Origin: Diplonema japonicum
Taxonomy: Eukaryota > Protista > Euglenozoa: Diplonemea
Assembly (NCBI GenBank): GCA_964019335.1
Contig: OZ025648.1
Location: 1-64,000 of the forward strand
Reading direction: 5' to 3'
Length of the DNA stretch: 64,000 bases
The translations under genes were made by a program, and so were the position numbers. Each line of letters starts with the position of its first letter. Position 1 is the stretch's first letter. Of the stretch, positions 34,701-44,700 are shown piece after piece. The notes under the pieces are model-generated. The model made no database searches and was not told the origin of the DNA. It saw nothing but the letters and a program-made list of their open reading frames with translations.

Positions 34701-36990
34701 CTACTTGGAGGTTATTCCATATTGCTCCTCCATCTGGCGGATCTCTTCGAAGAGTGCTTCGATGCCATCTTGTGGGGTGTTCGGCTGTGCGAGGGACTCT
34801 ATAAAATCGTGGGTGTAAGTCTCGCGAGGGGAGTGCGAGAACGAGAGGTCAGGACCAAGGGAGACCTTCAGGTCATCTCCAAGGACTGCTTTGAGGTCTG
34901 CATTGTCGTCGTCGTCGCTCCATTGTTGCATGTCCCTCAGGTCCTCGCCATTCAGCTCTAGCCCAGCATCCTCAGCGTACGTAAGACTGTCCTCCCCGTG
35001 TCCTTCGTCAGCGTACTTCTCTATTTTAGCAGCGCTTTCGGCAAACTGTGCGGACAGTTTTGCCCCTTCGTCGATACTCTCTCGCTTCCTCCCACTCTGC
35101 CTTCGCTCTACCAACTTCGGTACTAGCGTCTCTATATGATGTTCCAGCACCTTCAGCAGTTTCGTCTCCATTCCACCGTCCAGCTGGTATGTCGAAGCAA
35201 AGCTCTTCGCCAGCCCCACGGCAGTGTCGTTCTGGTGGATCCCTATCCTGCCCTTCTTCCCCTTCGGCAGCTGGATGTCAAGATACATCAGAGGTTTCTC
35301 CCTGCCTTGCTTCCTTTCGAGTTTGAAGTTGAATGGCTTCACTGTCGTTGTCTTCATCACATGTTTTTGCGAGTAGCCCCCCATGCTCGCGGGTTCGCGA
35401 AGTTTATCCTCGAATGTCCTGTTGTCGGATCTGCTCTCTCTGAGCCTCTTGATGGACTCGAAGTACCCATTAGGCAGCGGCTGGTCGCGTATCCTGCAAT
35501 ACAGATGAACGAATGAAAAAGCATACCTCCTGTAAGGGTTCACCTTAGGCTCGAAAGTACACTCCTGAAGTGCTATCTCCTCCTTGCTTGCTGGAGGCTC
35601 CACTTCACGTTGTCTTCGGTGTGTAGGGTTCATGAACGACTGCTCGTCGCGTACACGCCCTGGCTGCATCTGTTGCGGTGTCATAGTGTTCACGTGCATA
35701 CCCTATTGATGGTTGGTTGGAAAGTGCATTCTTTTTGCTCGTACTGCAGCTTCTCCTTTCGTGATTTTTCAAGTTTCCGTTCCCTTCGCGTTGTTGAGTT
35801 ACTACTTAGCCGCACGTACCCTGGGCCGTTGCTCCTTGTACGCAGCAGTCTGTGGTTGTATTATGTTGGCGGGTGGCGGAATACCTCCGCGAGTTGTCAT
35901 TGATCGCTGGGTTAAATGTGCACCGATCTTCGTCAGGATTTCCATACTGCCGCTTCACCGTGCTGGGTTCAGCTAGCTGTCTGGATATGGCGTTCTGCCG
36001 TTTGTTGCCTTGCAGCTGCACGGCATCGCTGGCCGCTGGTGACACAGATCGGGGACGCCTTGCCGCCTCTGAGCTTTGTGCGCGTCTCCTGTAGTTTATC
36101 TTTCGCAATGTCAAGAGCATACCCAGAGCCGACAGAAGGAGAACGCGACCGTGAGTCAGACTTATCAAGCATTCCAAAAACCACCTTTGCGAACCCAGGG
36201 AAATGGATATAAACAGAGGGCGGTGAGTAAGGCGCCTGTACTTGGTGCATAGCGCACCAAGCATTATCTGTGAGCTTCTCATCATCTTCAGTACCTTTCG
36301 AAGACACAAACCCAAGGTCGAAGAGGGCAGACTTCAAGGCTGCATAGCTCATCTTTCCACACTGCCTGTCTTCGTACAGCACTGATGTGTCCGTCGATCG
36401 CGTCGAATATCTTGCAAACAGCTCCTTCAGCTCACGCACCTTCCGCCTCTTGGCCATCACTTTACTAGCAGGTGCTGTGATAACGCGCCTGCTCTGTTCC
36501 TCTGCTTGCTTCTCTTGTTCTAGTATCTTTTCCTGCAGGACCCTCCTCCTGCACTCAGCATCTATGTACAAATCTCTTCTTTTGTCCTTCACATTAAGAT
36601 CCCACTCAGTGGGCTTCCTCTTGACCTTCTGAGGCATTGGTTTCTCTTCCACAGGCTTCGGTGTCGGTTTCTTTTTGGACATGTTATAAAGCCTGTCATA
36701 GATGTTCTCCTCCTCGAGGTCTTGAATGAGCATCTGTAGGGCTTGTTACAGCACGGTGAACATACCATCGGAGCTTGCTTAACAATACTGCTGTCACGTG
36801 AAACTGGCAGCTTTGCAGGCTCGGGATCACGACCTCGCAAAGGGCTACCGGTCGTCTCGACAACAGGACTGAACGCGTTCAGTTTCACAGACGGCATGGC
36901 GCGAGTGTCGGTGAAGATGCTTTTTTCCAGAGACTGCGCCAGCTGGCGGAGCTTCTGCATTTGCTCTTCATCTGAAGCAAAATCATCCAT
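34701..36990 (-). CDS. Conserved hypothetical protein with CTF.P.IN repeats (ciliary/cytoskeletal type), multi-exon
   Basis: IYDRLY, DRCTFNPAIN, ECTFEPKVN, KPFNF and PLMYLDIQL....GRIGIH motifs. Exons joined by short GTAT introns; start after ACAG|GAAATG. Confidence 0.65.
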
Positions 36991-37049
36991 TTCCTGTAAT
37001 GCGAAGTAACAACATGAAGGACAACACTATCATACAATACATTTCTATA

Positions 37050-38654
37050 CTAGTAAAATGAAGAACCTGAGGAAGAAGATGGCGGGTACAGAGGTGCGTA
37101 CTGCATTGGGGGCTCGTCGCTGTATGAAGGCTGCCACTGTGGGGAGAATTCCGACTCCCTATCACCAGCCGGTAATGACTCAGACTCAACCTCGGCTTCC
37201 TTCCTCGAAAGCTCTTCCTGCAGCATTTCTATCTGAGACTGCAACTGCTGCTTTGTAAACCGTTCCTTCAACATACTGCTTCTACATTCACCAACCACGT
37301 TATGGAGTAGCTTTGTGTTCTTCGCTGCCCACATGAGCTCCATCCATCTGAAGTAGTAGCAATGCAACAAGCCATTACTGATGCCCGACAGCATGGACCG
37401 TAGCACCTGTCTCTGGTGACACCTCCTCAGCCGCAGTGCTTCCTTAGACAGCATATGCATAGCACGTGATGGCTGTCGCCTGTGCTGCACAACGTTCGCA
37501 CCCCCCACAGGCTCAGGGCCGTACTTAGAAACTAAAGCTATCATGAGCTGCTCCTGCCGGTGCCTGTAACGCACTGCAAGAGCATCTAAATCTTGATTGT
37601 GGCTTGGATTGTGGTAGTAGTAAAACCGCTTCAGACGCTGCACAAATGTGAGGTTCACTTGCTCCCTCTCCCCATGCTCTAGCTGCAGCTTGGGCTCCGG
37701 GCCGTACAAGTTGACCAATGCTGCAAACATGTCCTCCTCGTTCCCTTTAGCCGCGCCCAGCATGTCATCCACCATAATGAGCTGCGAAGGATTGTATTTC
37801 TGGTAGAAGCGCCGTAGCCTCTCGCGATATTCGTGTGTCTTGTCGTATGTATCTTCCTGCACCTCTTCGACTTCCTCAGCGTCGGTCACACCCCAGTGCC
37901 GAGCCCATGCTTTCAGGTCGCTCTCTCGTTGGGCTAGTCGGTGCTCATCCGCCTTCAATAACTTTTCACGCAACTCAAGCTCCTTCATCATAACGTCGCG
38001 TTCGTCATCAGCGGTGAGCTTCGGGTGTGACATAGCGTCTGTTGGCTCGAGCAAGGCACTGTCAATGCCGTGTGTCGTGTTGCCGTCCGTCCAACGCACA
38101 TTGCACGAGTGATTGGAATTGATTCCAATGACCTCACCTCTGCGTTCTGGGCCTGTAACAGGCGGGAGCCTAGTGGACACACGGTCACCAGGGTGCCATC
38201 GCGAATTGCGTAGCAGGGAAGAACCCGCAGAAGCAATCGACGTAGCAGACGAGACAGAAGAGACGGAACGGGCACGCGGTGCAGTACTCTCTGTGGCAGG
38301 CGGCATCTCACCATTATACGTCAATGTAGGGCTCTGCTGGTTGTTAATCTTCAACATTAAGTACCATTCTTCCTCCTTTCCTTTGTTCGTGACAAGATCT
38401 GTCTCCAGTGTTTTAAGCTGCTCTACATCATGCCTCGCAAGAAATGCCTTTATCCTCTTGCGGTACTGCACCGTAGGTCGCGGGGGCTCTGGACCATACG
38501 TCTTTTCCATCCTCTTGATAAGACCCTCAAGATCGTCGCTCCAGCTCCCCAGCAGCTCGTCCAACATCTTCAGCTTGTCGCCCAGCTGTTTCTTGTCCAA
38601 CTTGCTCGAGCTGTACCATCGAGCCACCCTGTTCCGCATATTGGTGGTGTCCAT
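37050..38654 (-). CDS. Hypothetical protein with 3-4 RL..FY..YNP....YGPEP helical modules and an SH3/MIB-like beta domain
   Basis: Three YGPEP motifs; WHPGDRV...RRGEVIG...VRWTDG. Single 534-aa ORF. Confidence 0.75.
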   Translation of the reverse strand: MDTTNMRNRVARWYSSSKLDKKQLGDKLKMLDELLGSWSDDLEGLIKRMEKTYGPEPPRPTVQYRKRIKAFLARHDVEQLKTLETDLVTNKGKEEEWYLMLKINNQQSPTLTYNGEMPPATESTAPRARSVSSVSSATSIASAGSSLLRNSRWHPGDRVSTRLPPVTGPERRGEVIGINSNHSCNVRWTDGNTTHGIDSALLEPTDAMSHPKLTADDERDVMMKELELREKLLKADEHRLAQRESDLKAWARHWGVTDAEEVEEVQEDTYDKTHEYRERLRRFYQKYNPSQLIMVDDMLGAAKGNEEDMFAALVNLYGPEPKLQLEHGEREQVNLTFVQRLKRFYYYHNPSHNQDLDALAVRYRHRQEQLMIALVSKYGPEPVGGANVVQHRRQPSRAMHMLSKEALRLRRCHQRQVLRSMLSGISNGLLHCYYFRWMELMWAAKNTKLLHNVVGECRSSMLKERFTKQQLQSQIEMLQEELSRKEAEVESESLPAGDRESEFSPQWQPSYSDEPPMQYAPLYPPSSSSGSSFY

Positions 38655-38657
38655 TTC

Positions 38658-38695
38658 CTGGGTGTATTGGGTTAGTTGTTAGGTGCAATTTAAAA
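38658..38695 (-). promoter_or_regulatory. Putative trans-splice acceptor region: two CTAAC branch-point-like motifs, then CCCAG 3 nt before the ATG
   Basis: Minus strand reads TAA-ttttaaattgcacCTAACaaCTAACccaatacaccCAG|gaaATG. Similar AG|0-15 nt|ATG arrangements occur at 23015, 28905, 21788, 36990, 39349 and 14356. Confidence 0.55.
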
Positions 38696-39349
38696 TTACA
38701 ATGGCAGAGACAAAAAGAAAGAGCAAAGGGGCTTCCTTTTCTCTCCCTCGCTTATCTCGATGGCCGACCTGCCTGAGGCCTCAGCTTTCTGCCACCTGCT
38801 GAGGGCCCTGGGCCATGCCTGACCGTAACGATGCTTCCGGAAGGAAGGATCGTGTGCTTCTAGGATCCATTCAGGTGTATCGGGTGCAGCGGTACAGCCA
38901 GAGGCTGTGAATTGCTTCATTTCAGCCCGTCTAAGGTCGATGGAGTACATCATGGGGCAGAGAATCTCCTTCATAGCAAGAGTCAGCACGCGGTACATCT
39001 GCTCGGCCTCCAGAACAAGGAAGTGCCGTGCTAAGGTCTCCGCATCCTTGATTGCTGAAAGGCTGTTGAGCTGCTTTGTTGTTTGGAAGACTCGTGCTAC
39101 GGATCTTCTCTCTAGGCCCTCAGAATATCTTAGTGTTCTTCTGTTCTGCCACTCGGCTAAACATACACCCCTTGCAACATCCCATTCTAACCTTTCTGCT
39201 CTAACACTTCTCCTCTCTTTCACCAGGAGTGCCTCCAGACTCTTCATAGTTTCATCATACATGTCATCGCTCAGCATAAGTCCCCTTTTCCCGCCACGCA
39301 GCTCCCAGACCTGAAGTCTGGCATCACCCGGCAACGGGCATATTGCCAT
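38696..39349 (-). CDS. Hypothetical helical protein, 217 aa
   Basis: ORF on the coding strand; ATG 5 nt after the acceptor CACATAG. E...R repeats; no family recognised. Confidence 0.6.
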   Translation of the reverse strand: MAICPLPGDARLQVWELRGGKRGLMLSDDMYDETMKSLEALLVKERRSVRAERLEWDVARGVCLAEWQNRRTLRYSEGLERRSVARVFQTTKQLNSLSAIKDAETLARHFLVLEAEQMYRVLTLAMKEILCPMMYSIDLRRAEMKQFTASGCTAAPDTPEWILEAHDPSFRKHRYGQAWPRALSRWQKAEASGRSAIEISEGEKRKPLCSFFLSLPL

Positions 39350-39655
39350 GTTACCTATGTGCGTTGCAAGTGCTCACAGCGTGCAAGCAGATACTTCTAA
39401 AGTACAAACTACTCTCATACAGAGGCGTTGTATGCACAGCGACACCTACAGGTAAGTTGCCGTGCAGGGATCAGAATCTAGTTCTTAACCAGCTCTTTTC
39501 TATTGTTTTTTATTCAAAAAGAATTCAAAAGGGAAAAAAAACGTTCGGGCTGACGCCCCTCTACTTAGTCAGAGAGCCCCCCGCCTTGGCCAGAACGCGG
39601 AGGCCTCTCATGAGCACAGAACATAACGAATACTGAATATATTACACCAACCCCA

Positions 39656-41655
39656 TCATTTCTTTTTCTTCGCCTGCTTTAGTGTAAACTGTTTCGCCTT
39701 CTTATCCTTTCTATGTGCGAGCACCTTCCTCACTGTGATGCGTGACCACACACTGCCTTTGGCTTCTTCAGGAAGCTCAGAGAACTGCAAGCACAGCCCG
39801 CCGCCTGATATGAGGTTCTCGGAGGGCTGTGACATGACAGTGGATATGATGGCTGACAGGCGTGAGAACTGATTGGAGACTGCTTCACGTGACATGCCTT
39901 TCGACGTGAAGTACCGCTTGACACGAGCTAGCTCTTCCTCCAGAGAACTGGACTGCTCTGGGTAGTACCACCTTGTAGGACCTCCAGACAAGAACAGCCC
40001 ATTGCACCTAACGCACACTTCCCGCAGCAACACGTTGTAGACCTGATGCAACAACTCAGGTTTGTCAACTGGTGAAGCATTGAGCTTTGTCCTGTTTGTA
40101 GTGTTGTACAACAGACCTGCCACATACTCTAATGCTTCGACGATAGTCTTCATGGTGGTTGTGGCTGCTTGCTTGAGATGTTTGTTATGCTGTGTGGTGG
40201 CTGTAGGTTACCCTCTTCCATACCTTGCTGTACGAATCTTTGTGCTTGTACTTCTTGTAGTGAGCCATGTCTATAGTATATATCTCATCGAAGTACTTCT
40301 GCACCGATACAATGCACTGTTGTGCAATGGTATTACACAGCTCATTGGAGGCCGCTTGGAACGCACTTGAAGCAGACCGTTGGAGAGATGCAGCATTGAG
40401 AGAAGGCGAATCTCGCAGGTGCGAGGGCCGCGCAGCCCATGCTTGGGAAAGAGTTACGAGAAGCTTCTCGTACTCGGAGTACAGGTGCGAGATGGTGTTG
40501 AGCCTGAAGGTCAGGGAGGGCAGAGTTTTCGCTGTTGTAGAGGCAGAAGCCACGCACTGTAAAAGTGCATCTGTCGCAAGAGTGCAATATGTATTCCATT
40601 CGTGGTAACTTGGGAAGCATAACAGCGTAAAGAACTCTGAAGTAGAGGCGACCTTTGGCATCAGCAAGGATAGGTTTCTGCTGCGAGTCTCTGCCTGTGT
40701 AGCAGACCATGTTTCCTTTTTGAGGAGCACTTCGGTGTACATATTTATCTCGTCCTTGATGTGCTTCATCCACCTGCCGATTTGCTCCTGCATGTCAACA
40801 TGGGCTTGCTCCAAGATGCCGCGAACCTCTTGTTCGCCCTCCTCTCCGATCATTTCGATGGCGTCAGCCGCCACCTCCACCACGTAGTTGCTGAGGTGTG
40901 CTACCTTGTCCAGGTCGACCGTGTCGATCGCCTTGAGATCGTCAACAGCCTTCGTGACGGATTTTAGCTTTACATGCTGCAAGCTTTCGAGCTTTTTTAG
41001 AGACTCCTTTAATAAGTTCTCATTTTGCCGTTCTGTCTCCTCCAACTCGGTGTTCTGCAGGGTTCATGTACATTAAGCACAATGCATACCTTCTGCAAGA
41101 TAGTCTCTTGCGCACCTCGCAAGTCATGACCAGTGCTTTCGAGATTCTTTGTCAACCTATATTTGATAAGTTAAAATGTACCGACATACTCATCTCTCTC
41201 ACGCTGCAGTCGCTTGCACTTCTCTTCGGACTTCTCCAACAGCCGCTTTGTCTCTGAAAGGTCATCGTCATACTTACAAATCACACGCTGCTGCGACCTG
41301 CGGAAGTCATCAAGGTCCACTTGCAGTACCTCAATCTGTGCACGTGTACAGTGCGAGGGGATACCATACCTGCGCTTCAAGACTCTTCACTCGAGGCGCA
41401 CTCCCCTTACCATTATTCTTTGCGCCAAGGTCATGATTCAGGAGCTCGTTCTCCTCGACAAGCTTAGCATTTTCATGCTTAAACTGCTTCAGTTCTGCGC
41501 TCACCGCTGAGACTGTGGTTTGGTAAAGCGAACACAGGCTCGGACATACACTCTTTCTGAAGTATACTGTGCTCTTCAAAGATGCCTTCAAATGGGCGTA
41601 CCTGACAGCCGTTCCTCCTCGCAACTCGTGAATGGTACAGCTCTGACCATTCCAT
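39656..41655 (-). CDS. ATG16-like protein (N-terminal ATG5-binding helix plus coiled coil) with non-WD40 C-terminus, about 5 introns
   Basis: Spliced N-terminus MEWSELYHSRVARRNGCQVRPFEGIFEEHSIL resembles ATG16 W...I...L..R...Q...F..II. The coiled coil ends LEETERQNENLL. Confidence 0.6.
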
Positions 41656-41746
41656 TTAATCCTAAAAAACAGTAATTCGGGGCGAGTGTAAAAATATCTA
41701 AAGGACAAACAGCTACATTAACAACAAGGAACAAATGTACAAAAAT

Positions 41747-44700
41747 TCAAGGTTTTGATTTCGCAGCTACTGAGCGCAGCCGTTCCCTTTCGTCTAAGAA
41801 GTACTGTGCATCAGCGGAATCCATCTGGAAGCCTTCCATTAGTTCTTTAAGGTCAAGGCGAAGCAGCTTGCCCCCGCTTACCTTGGCACTAATAAACTGG
41901 GTTTTATAGTCCGTGAAGCCAATCATATCTAACCACTTCACAACGCCCTGTGATGGTGTGGTGCGTGTACAACTCTCGCATACCTCATTCGACATTTTCA
42001 CGACCTTCATGTCGCCCACACGCGTCTTCCTACCACCACCTGGAGACGGCGACACTGCGGATCCGCTTTCCTTGTTTCCCAGTTTAATGGGGCGGCTTTC
42101 TGAAGGCGGGGGTATCTCGACAGAAATAGGTGCAGGCTTTAGTGCAATAGGATCGGGAAGAACGGGAGTATGTATAGGAACTGGGTCTGCATGCACAACA
42201 CGCTGCACTGGCTGCTCAGCAGTTGTGTGAGACGGCTTATTGTAGATATCAGTCCTTTGCGTAGGTTGCCGCACAGCAGATTCGTAAATAGGACTGTTCT
42301 CAGGGAACAGCTGCTGCCGTATGCTGGGTTCAGGTGAATATGACACAAAAACAGCCCCTTCATCTTTCAGGATAGGCCCTGTATCACTTGCCTTCACCGG
42401 CCCTGTAGCCGGTGTCTTGGAAGCAGGCGTACTTACCATATAGCACCTTGCCAAAGCTCTCCGCCGCATGAGTTCTTCCAACCGACCTTCATCTATGTCC
42501 TTCTTAGGTCTTGCTGCGGGCTTCTTCTTAACCGTACTTGCGGTGGTAGGTGTTGCAGTAGCAGCAGTAGGCCTTTTCCTTGGTGTGTGAGCTCGTGGCG
42601 TGGTCGGCTTCTTCTCACCTAGCACACCTGAAACAACGCTGGCCCTTATGACAGCATGTTCAGCGCTTCTAGCAATGGCTCCCACAACAGGGTCGTCCAG
42701 GTCGGCGTTGCTGAATCTAAAAAAGCGCCTGCAGCTGTTGCAAAAGCCTCTCCCCTGGTTCAAGCTCACCCCCTTACCATCGCAGTGTGGGCAGACCTCA
42801 CCAATGGCGTCGTGTATCCTTGGGCGCTTGCCTGCCCCAGCACTGTTACTTCTGATACGAGGCGACTTCGCCCGCCTCAACGCAGACGGGGACGTCCTGC
42901 CTGCTGTGGGTGCAGGTGACTGGTGCGTGCGTGCTGTGTGGGGTTGCGGCGCTCCTATGTTGTACAGTTGCGGTACTTCAACAACATCAGTTCCTTCTTC
43001 TGTTCCAGCTTCAGCTGTGTGCAATCTTTTATATAACTGCAAATGTGGTGGAGTATTCTGAAGGGCAACGTCTACTCTGAGGTCCTGTTCCTCCTCCTGC
43101 ACTTCTTCTTGTTGTTGGACCAAGGGTCCATCGTCATTGCTGTAGATGACTTTCATTTTACGCAGCTTATCCTTCTCTTTCCTCTCTGCTATCTCATCAA
43201 AGGTCAAGGATGGCATTTTGGTCGTGTCGTACCATCGTGGCTTCGATATATTCGCCTGTCGGGCTCTTGTAGGTGTTCTCGCAGTCCTGGTAACTAGTTT
43301 AGGCTGCGGTGGTACAACCTCCTGGGTCTGGTCGCCCGCAAGGTTCAGCGCATCGGTTTCACCGAACAGCCTGATGGCGTCAACGATAGTGTCAGTCGAC
43401 AATGCTTTGTAGGCGGTCCCGTGGATGACACGCTGGGGGGGCATCTAAAGGTGTTGTGGCACTTAATTACAGCATACTTGTAACCGGGCTGCAAGTGCAC
43501 GTGCATATGGTTCAGATGAATAAGTGTCAGATGGTGCTAGTAGTGGCTCTATTGTGGGCACTTCGGACCTCGTCTCTTGCAATGGACGTGGGTCAGGGGA
43601 AAAGACCTGCGAGCGAGGCGACTGAGAAGGGGATCTCGAGAATCCATAGCCTGTCGTGGCCCCTTTTGCCAAGCGGACAAAGTCTCGGAGCGCTGCTGTT
43701 GCAGATGCACCGCCCTGTTGGTGTTCGTTGGTCTACGAGATCATACCTGACGCTCCCAACGCGTTTTCTTTCTTGTCATCTTTAAGATACCCTTGTACCA
43801 CAATAAATAGTACCTGCAGGTGATGTGTCCGTGTCATTCACATACCGATACAGCAAGGCTGTGTTAACAGCTGCCTTGATCTTTTCGAGGTTTCCCATTT
43901 TACGGATTAAGTCTTCTTTCTTCCGCGACACTTCTTCACCGCTGATCATGGTAGCTCTTATGTTTGCCTTTTGCTGTTTGTACATGAAGGTTCGCAGCTT
44001 GTTGTAGTAAGCCTGTGGATGGTGCATGGTGTAAGCAGACACACCTTCAGGAGGTACGTCTTGGATATGTCGAGCATGATGAGGTCCAGCGACTCGTAGA
44101 CGGCTGACACCATCTCGGGCGGGAATGTGGGCGGTGTGGGATCTTCTTCTGTGTATGTCAGGTACCGTTTCCGCAGCTCGTAGGCAAGCAGGTCCTCCCT
44201 CCCTAGCCATGACTGGAGCAGCTTTTCGATATCTTCATTCACAGGGCACACTTCGATGAGTGCATACACCTCCCTCCTATCAGCGTCCACCACATGTGGG
44301 GCGTATTTCTGTCTTGCCATGGCCAGGAGCACTGCTTCATCATTTTCAAAGTCTTGTATCATTACAGGCACGTAAGACAACAGTGTGGGGTTGTATCGCC
44401 TATATGTCACCTCTAGCTGCTTTATGACCTCAAGCCCTGCAGCCGATGGCATGTATGGCAGTGCTTTGGAGTCTGCCGGGAGCCCTTCTTCAATAGCCTG
44501 CTCTTCATAGTACTGCGAAAGAGATTTCAGTCATCACTGCTACATACCTGTATCGTTTTGTCGTTATGTCTGAGGCGCTGCCCTATCGTATACTCAAGAG
44601 ACTGCAGCTGCGGGGCAAGACGGGAGCTAGACGCTGTAGGGTCGCTTAGACTGGCGATCGCAGACTCGCTCTCGAACCGCTGCTTCATCTCATGCAACAG

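Noticed and set aside
43444-43477. AG|ATG at 43444 as a separate gene start
   Set aside because: A 33-nt GTATG intron links it in frame to the upstream exon, so it is an internal exon.
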